Source: Gammaproteobacteria bacterium (GTDB lineage Bacteria; Pseudomonadota; Gammaproteobacteria; GCA-001735895). Taken from it: a DNA stretch of 64,000 nt. Shown one piece after another: positions 36,943-48,476 of the stretch. The DNA lies in NCBI GenBank assembly GCA_050298595.1, contig JBNKUM010000100.1, forward strand, positions 64,001 to 128,000, in the 5' to 3' direction. The notes under the pieces were generated by a model. The model had not been told where the DNA came from. It did no database searches and saw nothing but the letters and a program-made list of their open reading frames with translations. The position numbers and the translations under genes are program-made. Positions within the stretch are counted from its first letter, which is position 1. Every line of letters starts with the position of its first letter.

Positions 36943-38000
36943 CAACATATCCTCGGCAATTGCTCACCCACCAGCATATCGACAATACGGTCACCGCCGA
37001 AACGGGTTTTCAGGATAACACGCTGCTTCGGTTCGGCCACCACCTCAGCTACGACACGACTGTATTCGCCCTGAGGATGTGCCTGCATCACCTGCAGTAT
37101 GGCGTCTGCTTTCTCCGCCGGAACCACGGCGATAACCTTGCCTTCGTTGGCCAGATACAGTGGGTCGAGTCCGAGAATTTCACACATGCCGCGTACCTCA
37201 TCACGAATCGGCAGGCTGGATTCATCAATCCTTATCGCGCAGTTGCTGGACTCGGCAAATTCATTCAACACAGTGGCGATCCCGCCACGCGTGGCATCGC
37301 GCATGCAGTGAATATCGGGGCAGACCTCAAGCATGGCCTGTATCAGGGAGTTTAATGGTGCACAATCGGTCTGGATGGTGTTTTCCATCGCCAGCTCACC
37401 ACGTGCATCGACGATGGCAGCACCATGATCTCCGATATAGCCGTTGCAGATCACGACATCGCCTGGTTGCGCACGATTAGCGGCGACATTAATACCTGCC
37501 GGGATCACGCCGATTCCGGCGGTATTGATGAATAGCTTGTCGGCAGCACCTCGGTGAACCACCTTGGTATCGCCGGTGACGATGCGTACGCCACATTCGT
37601 CTGCAGTGGCTTTCATCGAAGCAACCACTCGGCGTAAGTCTTCTACAGCAAGGCCTTCTTCAATAATCATGCCGCAGCTCAGGTAAAGCGGTATGGCTCC
37701 GCCTACGGCAAGATCGTTAATCGTACCAGTGACCGCCAGCTTGCCGATATCACCACCGGGGAAAAACAGTGGGTCAACCACATAGCTGTCGGTGGTCATC
37801 GCCAGCCGATCACCGAACTGCAGCAGGTTATTCATATCGAAACGCGCCTGATCCTCCAGTGTATTCAGCTCAGGGCTGTCAAAGCCCGCGACAAATACAT
37901 CATCGATCAGATCGCGCATGGCCTTGCCGCCACTACCGTGAGACAGGGTTATGGTGTCGGCACGCAGTTTACGCGCCCGCATTGGTTTTTCAGCATTCAT
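36942..38000 (-). CDS. hypE: Hydrogenase maturation protein HypE
   Basis: HGSGG, TTDSYVVDPLFFPGGDIG, RDATRGG and C-terminal PRIC. Confidence 0.97.
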   Translation of the reverse strand: MNAEKPMRARKLRADTITLSHGSGGKAMRDLIDDVFVAGFDSPELNTLEDQARFDMNNLLQFGDRLAMTTDSYVVDPLFFPGGDIGKLAVTGTINDLAVGGAIPLYLSCGMIIEEGLAVEDLRRVVASMKATADECGVRIVTGDTKVVHRGAADKLFINTAGIGVIPAGINVAANRAQPGDVVICNGYIGDHGAAIVDARGELAMENTIQTDCAPLNSLIQAMLEVCPDIHCMRDATRGGIATVLNEFAESSNCAIRIDESSLPIRDEVRGMCEILGLDPLYLANEGKVIAVVPAEKADAILQVMQAHPQGEYSRVVAEVVAEPKQRVILKTRFGGDRIVDMLVGEQLPRIC

Positions 38001-39154
38001 GCTGCGCTGGCCCCTTCGGATTGATTTCGTTTCTCAAGTAATTCAGGCAGATTGCCGAAATTATAGTAAGCGGCACAGGCTCCCTCGGAGGAAACCATCA
38101 GTGCCCCCATTGGTGTTTCTGGAGAGCAACTGGTACCAAATACCTTGCACTGCCAGGGCCGGATAACGCCCTTGATGACTTCGCCACACTGGCAGGATTT
38201 CGGGTCGGCAATCTTCAGGTTAGGTACATTGAATTTCTGTTCGGCATCGAATTCTGCATATTCCTTACGGATACGTACCCCGGAATGATCGATGGAACCC
38301 AGACCGCGTAACTCAAAAAAATCGCGTAATTCATACACTTCATGGATGGCATTCAGCGCTGGTGTATTACCAGACTTTGGCACCACACGCTGATACTGGT
38401 TTTCCACCTCACAGCGCTGTTCGCTAAACTGCTTGATCACCATGTAGATCGATTGCAGGATATCCAGCGGTTCAAAACCCGTGATCACGATAGGCTTGTG
38501 ATATTCCTGCGGGATAAACTGGAATGGCTCCTCGCCAACCACCATGCTGACATGACCCGGGGCAAGAAAAGCATCGATACGCATATCGGGGGAATCGAGT
38601 ACTGCCTTGATGGTGGGTACCGTGGTGATGTGGTTACAGAACAGGGAAAAGTTTTTCACTCCTTCGGTTTTGGCCTGTAAAAGGGTTAAAGCCGTGCTGG
38701 GCATGGTGGTTTCAAAACCCAGCGCGAAAAATATTACCTGCCGATCAGGGTATTTACGTGCCAGCTCCAGTGCATCCAGCGGTGAATACACCATGCGGAT
38801 ATCAGCACCTTCGGCCTTCGCCTGTAACAGACTTTTGTTCGAGCCGGGTACCCGCATCGCGTCGCCAAAGGTGCTGAAGATGACATCGGGGCGCTCGGCC
38901 AGTGCCACGCAATCATCCACTCGACCCATAGGCAATACGCAGACTGGACAGCCAGGCCCATGCACCATCTCTATGCTGTCGGGCAACATCTGTTCGATAC
39001 CATAGCGAAATATCGTATGCGTATGACCACCGCAAAACTCCATGATCAGTAAAGGATTCTTTTTATCATAGGGTAGCGATTGCATTATTTCGGCAATCTT
39101 AAGGGTCAGGGAATGAGCCATTTCCGGGTCGCGGAATTCATCTATATATTTCAT
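37997..39154 (-). CDS. hypD: Hydrogenase maturation protein HypD
   Basis: CGGHTH, GPGCPVC, GFETT, PGHVS and MVSSEGACAAYY. Confidence 0.97.
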   Translation of the reverse strand: MKYIDEFRDPEMAHSLTLKIAEIMQSLPYDKKNPLLIMEFCGGHTHTIFRYGIEQMLPDSIEMVHGPGCPVCVLPMGRVDDCVALAERPDVIFSTFGDAMRVPGSNKSLLQAKAEGADIRMVYSPLDALELARKYPDRQVIFFALGFETTMPSTALTLLQAKTEGVKNFSLFCNHITTVPTIKAVLDSPDMRIDAFLAPGHVSMVVGEEPFQFIPQEYHKPIVITGFEPLDILQSIYMVIKQFSEQRCEVENQYQRVVPKSGNTPALNAIHEVYELRDFFELRGLGSIDHSGVRIRKEYAEFDAEQKFNVPNLKIADPKSCQCGEVIKGVIRPWQCKVFGTSCSPETPMGALMVSSEGACAAYYNFGNLPELLEKRNQSEGASAA

Positions 39155-39155
39155 C

Positions 39156-39434
39156 TCATTGCTCCGATAGTTGCATGGCGTCCAGCTCCTGCTGAACCTC
39201 ACCCAGTTCGGCTAAAATGGCCAGGGTTTTCTGCGCTTCCTCTTCGTCGATTCGACTCATCGCAAATCCGACGTGCACCAGCACCCAGTCGCCGATGCAG
39301 GCCTGTGCAGGATGATCATCGGATACGATGCAGGCAATATTCACCTGCCTCTGGATACCACTGACATCGACCCGCGCCATCAGGTTGTCTGGGTCGGTGA
39401 TTTCTACAATTTTACCGGGGATACCAAGGCACAT
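39156..39434 (-). CDS. hypC: Hydrogenase chaperone HypC
   Basis: MCLGIPG start, GDWVLVHVGFA. Confidence 0.96.
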   Translation of the reverse strand: MCLGIPGKIVEITDPDNLMARVDVSGIQRQVNIACIVSDDHPAQACIGDWVLVHVGFAMSRIDEEEAQKTLAILAELGEVQQELDAMQLSEQ

Positions 39435-39435
39435 A

Positions 39436-41799
39436 TTAGTTAGTCTCCTGTTGTAAGCGGGCAGCAGCAATGGCCGCCTGCCCGATGGCCAGACCACCAT
39501 CGTTGGCTGGAATCTGGCGATGTGTTAATACCTGCAGGCCTTGCTCGGCCAGCAACTGTCGTGTGAGTTTACATAGCGTTGGGTTTTGCATCACGCCCCC
39601 TGAAAGCGCCACGGTGTTTATTGCATACTGTGTTGAAATACTGCTTACCATAGCATGGATCATCTGTGCCAGCGTCAGATGAAAGCGTGCTGAGATAAAC
39701 GCTTTGTCCATGCCCTGAGCCAGATCCTGTATCAGCGCCTGCCACATGGCTGCCGGATTGATCAATGCGACAGCCCCATGTTCAATGTCAAATGGATAGG
39801 CTGTCGCCTGTTGCAGATGCTGCGGCTGGATCAGTGCTTCCAGCTCAATCGCTGCCTGGCCTTCGTAACTGATCGCATCCCGACAGATACCCAGTGCTGC
39901 AGCGACCGCATCAAACAATCGACCGCAGGATGAGCTCAAGGGTGCATTGGTGTTGCTTTGAATCATACGCTGTAGGGTTTCTAGCGGTTTCTGCTTCAGG
40001 TATTGAAACAGATCCAGCTCGGCGAATTGCTGACTAAGGTCAGGCCAGTCAGCATTTTGATAAAGCTGTGCAAAAGTATTGCGCCAGGGTTCAAGCATGG
40101 CCTTATGCCCGCCGGGCAGGGCAATGGGTTTGAAGCTGCCTGGTCGTTGATAGTCGGTATAATTCACCAGCATGAATTCGCCGCCCCAGAGGGTGCCATC
40201 ATCAGCATATCCCAGGCCATCCAGTGCGACCCCTATCACCTGGCCCTGATCAATGTGCCAGTGGTTATCAGCCATGCAGGCTGCGATATGTGCATGGTGA
40301 TGCTGAACCTCGATTAAGGGTATGTTCTGCTGCTGAGCCCACTGTCGCCCCAGTTTGCTGGACAGGTATTCAGGGTGTTTATCGATGACGATGGCTTGGG
40401 CGTTAAAGTCGTATAGGCGCTGGTATAAATCCAGATTCTTCAGGTAATCTTCATAGGTTTGATAGTTTTCCAGATCACCCATATGTTGAGACAGGGTTAG
40501 CTGTTGAGCGCGTAGCAGGGCAAAGGTGTTTTTAAGCTCTGCACCCAGAGCCAGGATCTGGCGTTGATTGTTGAAATCATTCGGCAATGAAATGGGCGCG
40601 GGTGCATATCCACGCGCACGGCGGTAATACTGGGTTTGCTGCTCGATGATCCGCAGCACTGAATCATCGATTCGGTTGACGATATCGCGATTATGCAGCA
40701 CAAAGAAGTCTGCGATATCGCTCAGTTTATCCAGCGCCTGACTATTATCGATACACTGGGGTTCATGCGAGGAATTACCCGAGGTTAACACTATCGGAGC
40801 GTCTAACTGCTGCATGAGTAAATGATGCAAAGGCGAGTAGGGCAGCATGAAGCCGAGTGATTGCTGTCCCGGGGCCAGTTGACCCGACAGGCTGCTGTCA
40901 TTGCTGAGCGACTGTAAAATCATAATCGGTGCAGCCGGGCTTTCAAGCTGCTGTTGCTCCAGCTCGCTGACTATGCAGTACTGCCTGATCTGTTCAATAT
41001 CTTTGGCCATCAAGGCAAGCGCCTTAAAAGGACGTTGTTTGCGCTGGCGTAGTTCCAGTACGGCATTATCGTTAGTCGCATCACAGGCCAGTTGAAATCC
41101 ACCTATGCCCTTAATGGCGATAATCTTTCCCTGTTTTAGTAACTCGGCAGTATGCGCAATGATGTCCTCAACGATCAGCGGATTACCCTGATTGTCGCAC
41201 AGCTGTAAAACCGGGCCACAGTCAGGGCAGGCGTTAGGCTGGGCGTGGAAACGTCTATCCAGCGGGTCCTGATACTCCTGAAAGCAGGATGGACATTGCT
41301 CGAATTCATCCATGCTGGTGAAAGGTCGGTCATAAGGAATATTGCGTACAATACTCAGGCGCGGGCCGCAATGGGTGCAATTGGTAAATGCATAGCCATA
41401 ACGCCGGTTTTCTGGATCGTTAATGTCATCCAGACATTGCGAGCAGGTAGCCGCATCGGCGACTACGCCGGTATTTATCTTGCCTGTCGGGCTTTGTTGA
41501 ATAGTGAAATCGTCAAACACCATGTCGACCGTTGCAGGCTGGCAGTCAATCGAGTCTATCTGAGCCAATGGCGGTGTGTTCTGCCTGATCAATTCAATAA
41601 AGTGTTGTATGCGCGCTTCGTCTGCTTGCGCCAGGATCAAAACTCCATCGCCATCATTATGCACGCTACCCTTTATTTCAAGCTGCTGAGCAATGCGGTA
41701 AACGGTAGGTCTGAACCCCACACCCTGCACCTGTCCACGCACACGAATCTGCTGGGTAAGGGAACTGGTTAAATGTGCCTGAGTGGTCGATGTGTTCAT
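39436..41799 (-). CDS. hypF: Carbamoyltransferase HypF
   Basis: GQVQGVGFRP acylphosphatase domain, CxxC zinc fingers, RRFHAQPNAC, QHHHAH and NDGG. Confidence 0.97.
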   Translation of the reverse strand: MNTSTTQAHLTSSLTQQIRVRGQVQGVGFRPTVYRIAQQLEIKGSVHNDGDGVLILAQADEARIQHFIELIRQNTPPLAQIDSIDCQPATVDMVFDDFTIQQSPTGKINTGVVADAATCSQCLDDINDPENRRYGYAFTNCTHCGPRLSIVRNIPYDRPFTSMDEFEQCPSCFQEYQDPLDRRFHAQPNACPDCGPVLQLCDNQGNPLIVEDIIAHTAELLKQGKIIAIKGIGGFQLACDATNDNAVLELRQRKQRPFKALALMAKDIEQIRQYCIVSELEQQQLESPAAPIMILQSLSNDSSLSGQLAPGQQSLGFMLPYSPLHHLLMQQLDAPIVLTSGNSSHEPQCIDNSQALDKLSDIADFFVLHNRDIVNRIDDSVLRIIEQQTQYYRRARGYAPAPISLPNDFNNQRQILALGAELKNTFALLRAQQLTLSQHMGDLENYQTYEDYLKNLDLYQRLYDFNAQAIVIDKHPEYLSSKLGRQWAQQQNIPLIEVQHHHAHIAACMADNHWHIDQGQVIGVALDGLGYADDGTLWGGEFMLVNYTDYQRPGSFKPIALPGGHKAMLEPWRNTFAQLYQNADWPDLSQQFAELDLFQYLKQKPLETLQRMIQSNTNAPLSSSCGRLFDAVAAALGICRDAISYEGQAAIELEALIQPQHLQQATAYPFDIEHGAVALINPAAMWQALIQDLAQGMDKAFISARFHLTLAQMIHAMVSSISTQYAINTVALSGGVMQNPTLCKLTRQLLAEQGLQVLTHRQIPANDGGLAIGQAAIAAARLQQETN

Positions 41800-41800
41800 A

Positions 41801-43258
41801 TCAGTGCACCGTGCAAACCATACAGGGATCAAACGAGCGGATAATGTGCTGAATACTGGCATCAATCGTTTGTTCATTGTGGATGATGGTGTTCTCTAAT
41901 GCCTGTTCCAGCGCGCCGGGTTGCTCCTGCCTGTCACGCGGGGAAAAATTCCAGGTAGTTGGTGCAATGATCTGATAATTTAAGATGCGACCATTCTTGA
42001 TGCGCAACCAGTGACCTAAACTACCGCGTGCAGCTTCTACCATACCGGCACCCTGAGCTTCGTCAGGAACGGGCTGGTTGTGGCAGTAGGCATCGCCCGT
42101 GGTTAACTGTTTTACCCAGTGTTCCATTTGTGGTACCACCAGTGCCAGTTCCAGCAGTCGGGCAATGACACGGTTTTGCACATTACCTCCGGATTCTGCA
42201 ACCAGCTCACGTATCAGTAGATGACCATTCACCTGCTGTCTTGCCAGTGCCCCCACCTCCATCACCTGTTGATTCAGGCGCGGCGCTTTACACCAGCTAT
42301 ATCCCGTATTTTCATCGCCATCCGGGATGGTACTGCCGTGATAAGGGTGCTTGGCTTCCATCTGTGAATTGAGCCAGCTATGCGTGATATCTTCACTGAT
42401 AAGTTCCGGCTGTAATTCGGCATATTGCTGATCCCAGATACCACTACGAAATAAATGCTGCTGCTTAGTTTGATAAGCGCCATAACTCATGAATTGATTG
42501 CTGGCTATTCCCAGTGTGTGTAGATTTAGATCGCGTGAGATATTCAGGAAATGTGCAAAATCACTGTTAGGAGTATGCTCAATAAGGTTCCAGAGCTGTT
42601 GTGTGGAGCTCAGTTCTGTTACCTGCTCCAGTTCGCAGCCAAATACAATATCCTGAAGAAAATATCGAAACGCTGCGATGGTAGTGCCTAGTCTCATACG
42701 TTCCTGAGTTTCTAGCGGGCGAGTGGTGCCACCGGGTTGTATCGCCAGTGAATGCGGCCATTTACCAGCCAGGATACCAGTCAGGTGTAAGAATGATGAT
42801 CGCGCGGGTAGCACCTGATTGGCTGCTTTACCGATTTGCGCTTTAAAACGTGCCTGGGTATCACTAAACCAGGATCTGTCTTTATAACAATCACGCGCAA
42901 AGTCGGGCATGAAAAACAGATAAAAATGCGTTAGATGATCCGCCATGTTTTCTGCTGCCAGGATCAGGTTGCTTGCAAGCTGTCCATTGGCTGTGGGCTG
43001 TATACCCTGAGCTTCGGCAATTGCTGACGCGGCGGCAACCGATTGTGAGACCGAACAGATACCGCAGATGCGCGGTGTATAAATCAGTGCGTCACGTGGA
43101 TCTTTGCCGTGCAAGATCTGTTCGAAGCCGCGAAACAGCGGGGCGTTCACCCAGGCTTTCTGGATACGCTGCTGATCGGCTTCGATCTGAACCTCAAGAT
43201 CGCCTTCCACTCTATTGAAGGGGCCTAACAGACGACGCTTATTTGAGTTATAAGTCAT
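41801..43258 (-). CDS. hupV: H2-sensing (group 2b) hydrogenase large subunit HupV/HoxC
   Basis: GPFNRVEGDL, RICGIC; ends DPCMVCTVH* with no cleavable C-terminal extension. Confidence 0.93.
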   Translation of the reverse strand: MTYNSNKRRLLGPFNRVEGDLEVQIEADQQRIQKAWVNAPLFRGFEQILHGKDPRDALIYTPRICGICSVSQSVAAASAIAEAQGIQPTANGQLASNLILAAENMADHLTHFYLFFMPDFARDCYKDRSWFSDTQARFKAQIGKAANQVLPARSSFLHLTGILAGKWPHSLAIQPGGTTRPLETQERMRLGTTIAAFRYFLQDIVFGCELEQVTELSSTQQLWNLIEHTPNSDFAHFLNISRDLNLHTLGIASNQFMSYGAYQTKQQHLFRSGIWDQQYAELQPELISEDITHSWLNSQMEAKHPYHGSTIPDGDENTGYSWCKAPRLNQQVMEVGALARQQVNGHLLIRELVAESGGNVQNRVIARLLELALVVPQMEHWVKQLTTGDAYCHNQPVPDEAQGAGMVEAARGSLGHWLRIKNGRILNYQIIAPTTWNFSPRDRQEQPGALEQALENTIIHNEQTIDASIQHIIRSFDPCMVCTVH

Positions 43259-43262
43259 ATCA

Positions 43263-44270
43263 TCAGCCCTCATCCTTGTCATCATGCATGCCGGGTGAGA
43301 TACGGATATGATCGGATACCGCATTCACCTTAAGACGTTTAGGTGTCGCTGCCTTGGAAAGGGAGGCGAGTGCTACAAACCAGGCCTTGGGCATGTCGGT
43401 GGGCAGGCCAACAGGGATTCCAGCAATTTTTGGGGTTGTGGTAAAACAGTGTCCCGGCTCTTCAAATTCGGGTGCTGTACAGTTTATGCAGGGATACCCA
43501 CCACGTAAACAGGAGCCTTCACCATTCCAAAGACGGGTGTTGCAATCGGCACGTGCCTGAGTACCCAGACAACCCATATGTTCCATCATGCATCCCTGGT
43601 CAGAAGGATTAAGCGCACTAGCCTTGAATTCATAGTATTCATTACGCGGGCAACCATGATGTACCAGATGATTGGTATAGCTGCGCGGACGGTTGTAGCT
43701 GTCGAGCTGGTTTTTAAGCAGGCCCTCAGCGGATAGTTGAATCAATGTCTCGATGACCCAGTTGGGGTGAGTCGGGCAACCGGCTACATTAATAACGGGC
43801 AGTTGCTCACTGCAACGCCACTTTTCGCCCAGTAAACCTCCCGCCTGTTGTCCTTCAAATTGCAACCCGCAGGCTTCGCCGGGATTACCACCCGCCGTGG
43901 TAATACCACCAAAGGCAGCACAGTTTCCAATAGCGAGTGTATATCTGGCTTTTTCAGACAGACTTTTAATGACGTCAAACATGGGGCGTCTGGTTCCACT
44001 GAGTAGATGAAATCGACCACTACCCGCAGGCCCCATCATAACTGAGCCTTCAAGACATAGCGCATCTAATCTGATTTCATTGTTTTCGATCTGTAACAAC
44101 AGCTTAACAAAATCATCCCCACATTCTTCACTCAGGGAAGGGTGCCAGAGTAGCTTGATGTGGCTATGATGCAATGACTGATAAAAATCGGGAGATTCAG
44201 CATTCAGTACCGACATGCTACAACCGCCGCAGCCACCGGACTGTAACCAGAGCACATTGAAGCTGGGCAT
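43263..44270 (-). CDS. hupU: H2-sensing hydrogenase small subunit HupU/HoxB
   Basis: LWLQSGGCGGC, no Tat peptide, C-terminal GLPTDMPKAWFVALASLSKAATP. Confidence 0.93.
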   Translation of the reverse strand: MPSFNVLWLQSGGCGGCSMSVLNAESPDFYQSLHHSHIKLLWHPSLSEECGDDFVKLLLQIENNEIRLDALCLEGSVMMGPAGSGRFHLLSGTRRPMFDVIKSLSEKARYTLAIGNCAAFGGITTAGGNPGEACGLQFEGQQAGGLLGEKWRCSEQLPVINVAGCPTHPNWVIETLIQLSAEGLLKNQLDSYNRPRSYTNHLVHHGCPRNEYYEFKASALNPSDQGCMMEHMGCLGTQARADCNTRLWNGEGSCLRGGYPCINCTAPEFEEPGHCFTTTPKIAGIPVGLPTDMPKAWFVALASLSKAATPKRLKVNAVSDHIRISPGMHDDKDEG

Positions 44271-44271
44271 G

Positions 44272-45639
44272 TTAATCAGCCTCAAGTGGCAGGCTTAATT
44301 TAAACACGGCACCCTGTTCATCACTACTCACGGTCAGGTCTCCCTGGCATTGTTCCGTCGCCAGGCCATAACTGATGTATAGTCCCAGGCCGGTTCCACT
44401 ACCAACTGATTTGGTGGTGAAGAAGGGGTCAAAGATTTTTACGATATCTGATTGCGTTATGCCATGACCATTATCGCTTATCAGAATGTGGACTTTAGAG
44501 TTATCGGTATTTATTGAAATAGAGAGCTGGGGTTTTTCAGTCTCCAACATCGCATCGACTGCATTCTGTATCAGGTTAACCAGTATCTGGTGAATATAAC
44601 CTTCATTGTTGGTAATCATCAAAGAAGCAGGAAAGTCATTGCTGATATCGAGCTTTATTGTGGCCGATTTCAATACCCAGGAGGCAGCGCGATTGATGAC
44701 CGGGATCAGGTCAAACTCCTGTTTTCTGCTCTGCTGGGGTGTGGTGAATCGACGCAGGTTCTGGACGATTTCAGATACTCTTTCAGCACCTTCCAGTGAA
44801 CCTTCCACCAGTGGTTCTATATCATCCATCATGGCATTGATGCGAAATTCTTCGCGTAGCTTTTCGTGTGTAGCTGTAGAGGTGTTGCTGTGGATAGCGT
44901 CGATGTATTGTTTGAATTTTTGATGATAGCCTTTTAGCGCATGCATATTGGCATATAGAAAACTGATCGGGTTATTCAGTTCATGTGCAACGCCCGCAAC
45001 CAGTCGGCCCAGAGATGCCATTTTTTCTGATTGAATCAATTGTAATTGAGCTGTTTTTAATTCTTCGTGCGCCTTATGTAGTGCTGAGTAAGCCTTACGT
45101 AACTCCCCCAGCGGGCGCCCCGTAATGACCAGACCGGAGAGACGGTTTTTATGGTCGAAACGTGCATTGCAGTTAATCGCCATCGGCACATTCTGTTGTT
45201 GACTATCGATTAAATCTAGTTCGCAATCTATCAATGAACCTGAACGTATGTGGTCTGGAAAATCAGCGATCAAAGGCAGATGTTTTGTGGCAAACAGTTT
45301 CTGTAACGACAGGCCTTTAAGCTCGCTATCGCTGCTTCCGATAAGTTCGGTCAGAGCCTTATTGACCTGCTGGATATGGCCATCGATATCGCACACGATA
45401 AGAATGTCGGAAATGGATGAAATAACACTGTTGATAAAACTCTGTGCATTCTCTAATGCGGAATTTTTTTCTTCCAGCTCTACCTGATAATGTACCAGGT
45501 TGGCATAAATACTGTCCATCTGCTGGATCACTTCTATCCAGGCTTTATCGTCAGCTCGACGCACCTGCTGATCCATTTCGGCAGTCAGGCCAGCCTGATT
45601 GGTCAGGCTGGTAGTATTTTGTGAGCGCAACTCATTCAT
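44272..45639 (-). CDS. hupT: PAS histidine kinase HupT/HoxJ
   Basis: PAS domain, H-box [24 protein letters not shown]; adjacent to hupUV. Confidence 0.9.
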   Translation of the reverse strand: MNELRSQNTTSLTNQAGLTAEMDQQVRRADDKAWIEVIQQMDSIYANLVHYQVELEEKNSALENAQSFINSVISSISDILIVCDIDGHIQQVNKALTELIGSSDSELKGLSLQKLFATKHLPLIADFPDHIRSGSLIDCELDLIDSQQQNVPMAINCNARFDHKNRLSGLVITGRPLGELRKAYSALHKAHEELKTAQLQLIQSEKMASLGRLVAGVAHELNNPISFLYANMHALKGYHQKFKQYIDAIHSNTSTATHEKLREEFRINAMMDDIEPLVEGSLEGAERVSEIVQNLRRFTTPQQSRKQEFDLIPVINRAASWVLKSATIKLDISNDFPASLMITNNEGYIHQILVNLIQNAVDAMLETEKPQLSISINTDNSKVHILISDNGHGITQSDIVKIFDPFFTTKSVGSGTGLGLYISYGLATEQCQGDLTVSSDEQGAVFKLSLPLEAD

Positions 45640-47108
45640 GCAACGTGAATGGATTCAAGATTGCTGTTTTTTTCCAGCCCATAACGCTCCAGCTTATTAC
45701 GTAGTCCCACGCGCGATAGCCCCAGCTCCTGCGCAGCCTGGGTTTTATTCCAGCGCAGACGCATCAGGGTTTCTTTCAGGATACGCGCTTCCAGTGACTC
45801 TACGCGTTCTTTTAGTGTCCCTTCTATGCCTGTCAACAGCATCATGTCTGCCTGAGATTCTTCTGGTGTAGCATGCAAAATTTGCGGGGAAACCAGGTTT
45901 GATCCCAGGTAATCATCCTGTCCCAGCACTAGCATGCGTTTTATCTCGTTCTGCATTTCACGCACATTACCGGGCCATTGATAGCTCTGGAAACAATTCA
46001 ATACTTCTTCGCTAATGCCTTTGACCCGTTTGCCCAGCTGATCCATGGTTTGATTAAGGATGGCAATGGCCAGTGGAGTTATGTCGTTGCGACGTTCACG
46101 TAGAGGTGGAACCTTAACTTCAAAAGTAGCGATACGATAGAAAAGGTCCTGACGGAACTTACCGCTGCGCACGTCCTCTTCCAGGTCACGGTTGGTGGCT
46201 GCAATTACTCGTACATCAATCGGGCGACGATGGTTGCTGCCCAGTGGGCGGATTTCGCCTTCCTGTAATACACGCAATAGTTTTACCTGAAACGCCGGTG
46301 AGGTTTCACCGATTTCATCCAGAAAGATGGTGCCACCACTGGCACGTTCGAACAGACCTACGCGGTCTTCAATCGCCCCGGTAAATGCACCACGTTTATG
46401 CCCAAACAATTCGCTCTCGAGTAATTCGTCAGGCAGGGCACCGCAGTTTTCCGCCACAAAAGGCTTATTCTGACGCAGGCTGTTGTAGTGCAGGGCGCGT
46501 GCACATAGCTCCTTGCCGGTTCCAGATTCGCCGCTAAGTAATACGTTCACATCGTAGGGGGCAACTCTACGAATAAGATTGCATATTTCGTTCATGCAGC
46601 TTTCGGGGCTACGCACTATGCCCTGATCCCAGTCGTAACGAGCTTTCAGCAGGCGACGTTTTTCAATCATGGCCTGTTCGATGGTGTCAGGCTTGAGCTT
46701 GAGTTCGACTGCTAACTGTTCGTTTTCACGCTGCAGACGAAACAGCTCAACTGCGTTATTCAATTTAGTGATCAGTTCGTCAGGATGCCAGGGTTTGGTA
46801 ATGTATTGATAGATACCGCCCTTGTTGACGGCATTAATGATATCTTCAGCCTCGCTATAACCGGAGATAATCATGCGTACTACATCGGGATAGGACTCGC
46901 GTACCTTTTCAGAAAATTCAACGCCGCTCATACCGGGCATACGTTGGTCGCATAGCATCACCTGTATCCATTGCAGGCGTAATATTTCTTCAGCCTGATC
47001 GGTATCGATAGCGGTGAACACTTCGAAACGATCACCAAGTATGCGTTGAATGGATTCCAGCGAGCGCTGTTCATCATCTACTACCAGTACGCTGGGTAAT
47101 GCATCCAT
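45636..47108 (-). CDS. hupR: NtrC-family response regulator HupR/HoxA
   Basis: Receiver [13 protein letters not shown], intact GAFTGA, C-terminal HTH. Confidence 0.9.
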   Translation of the reverse strand: MDALPSVLVVDDEQRSLESIQRILGDRFEVFTAIDTDQAEEILRLQWIQVMLCDQRMPGMSGVEFSEKVRESYPDVVRMIISGYSEAEDIINAVNKGGIYQYITKPWHPDELITKLNNAVELFRLQRENEQLAVELKLKPDTIEQAMIEKRRLLKARYDWDQGIVRSPESCMNEICNLIRRVAPYDVNVLLSGESGTGKELCARALHYNSLRQNKPFVAENCGALPDELLESELFGHKRGAFTGAIEDRVGLFERASGGTIFLDEIGETSPAFQVKLLRVLQEGEIRPLGSNHRRPIDVRVIAATNRDLEEDVRSGKFRQDLFYRIATFEVKVPPLRERRNDITPLAIAILNQTMDQLGKRVKGISEEVLNCFQSYQWPGNVREMQNEIKRMLVLGQDDYLGSNLVSPQILHATPEESQADMMLLTGIEGTLKERVESLEARILKETLMRLRWNKTQAAQELGLSRVGLRNKLERYGLEKNSNLESIHVA

Positions 47109-47111
47109 TGC

Positions 47112-48014
47112 TTATACTCCTACTGCAGCTTGTTCTGACTGGGGCTGAAATCCTATTAAGCGACTTTGATGGGTCAGTTTGATCCACTGGTACCAGTGAT
47201 CCAGCCCCTCTCCTGTTTTAGCGGAAACCTTAAACACCTGAATGCCCGGGTTGATTCTGCGCGCGTAGTCGATGCATTTTTCAATATCAAAATCCAGATA
47301 AGGCAGCAGGTCGATTTTGTTTAACAGTAGCAGGTCGGCGGCATGAAACATATCGGGATATTTAATCGGTTTATCTTCGCCTTCGGTGATCGATAGTATC
47401 GCTACCTTGTGAGCTTCGCCCAGATCAAAGGCAGCCGGACAAACCAGATTACCGACATTCTCAATAAATAAAACTGACTTATCCTGAGGAGCAAGATGAT
47501 CTACTGCATGACCCACCTGATGCGCATCCAGATGACAGCCTTTACCAGTATTGATCTGGATCGCGGTTACCCCGGTCTCGCGGATACGGTCTGCATCGTT
47601 TGAGGTTTCCTGATCGCCTTCGATAACTGCCAGTGGCATGTCATCCTTCAGGTCATTCAGGGTGCGCGTGAGTAGCGTGGTCTTACCGGAGCCGGGGCTG
47701 GATACCAGATTCAATGTGAGCATGCCCTGGCGCGTGAAGCGGTTGCGGTTGACCTGTGCATATTCATTGTTTTTGCCGAGTATATCCTGCTCAATCTGCA
47801 CCATACGCGACTGACTCATGCCGGGTGCATGTGCATGTGCCGGGCCATGTCCGTAATGATGGCTGTGAGCATGATCGTGATCATGGTTGTGCTCATGAGG
47901 GTGAGAGTGGTCGTGATCATGCTCATGACTATGAGCATGGTGATGATCGTGAGAATGTTCCTGTTCGTCTTCTATCCGGCTTTCGCCTTCACCGCATCCG
48001 CATACTGTGCACAT
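47112..48014 (-). CDS. hypB: Nickel-insertion GTPase HypB with His-rich region
   Basis: MCTVCGC start with ggag RBS, His-rich tract, SSPGSGKTT and [10 protein letters not shown]. Confidence 0.96.
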   Translation of the reverse strand: MCTVCGCGEGESRIEDEQEHSHDHHHAHSHEHDHDHSHPHEHNHDHDHAHSHHYGHGPAHAHAPGMSQSRMVQIEQDILGKNNEYAQVNRNRFTRQGMLTLNLVSSPGSGKTTLLTRTLNDLKDDMPLAVIEGDQETSNDADRIRETGVTAIQINTGKGCHLDAHQVGHAVDHLAPQDKSVLFIENVGNLVCPAAFDLGEAHKVAILSITEGEDKPIKYPDMFHAADLLLLNKIDLLPYLDFDIEKCIDYARRINPGIQVFKVSAKTGEGLDHWYQWIKLTHQSRLIGFQPQSEQAAVGV

Positions 48015-48134
48015 GGTTTTTTCTCCGTTGTTGTCTGGTTTTGGGGCCTGTTTTTTTGTTGGCCTTTTAAACCAAGAATAAAATGTTTTTTCTACTTCTC
48101 TAATCCGAGAGGTTGACATCCTCTAGTAAGATTC

Positions 48135-48476
48135 TTATTCAACTTCCAGCTCCTTGATTCTCATTTCCTCACCACTGGTGACCTGTAACTGAAAACTGCC
48201 ACAGTCTGGGCATTCATCAAAGCGCTGTTTGACGCTGACATTTTTGCTGCATTGCATGCACCAGGCTAGTCCCGGCACATTAATAATATTCAGTTGTGCG
48301 CCATCAGCCAGACTATTGCGGGTGACGGCATCGAAACAGAATTCCATGGCCTCTATCTCGACTCCGGCCAGGTCGCCTATCTCCAGCCAGACGCTTTTAA
48401 CCTTTTCGAAGCCCTGTTTCTGGGCTTCACTTTCTAATACCTGAAGTACACCTTCGCATAGCGACATTTCATGCAT
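48135..48476 (-). CDS. hypA: Nickel metallochaperone HypA
   Basis: MHEMSL and two CxxC motifs. Confidence 0.97.
   Translation of the reverse strand: MHEMSLCEGVLQVLESEAQKQGFEKVKSVWLEIGDLAGVEIEAMEFCFDAVTRNSLADGAQLNIINVPGLAWCMQCSKNVSVKQRFDECPDCGSFQLQVTSGEEMRIKELEVE

Noticed and set aside
48015-48119. 35-aa N-terminal extension of HypB
   Set aside because: The canonical MCTVCGC start at 48014 has a good RBS, while the upstream ATG has poor RBS spacing.
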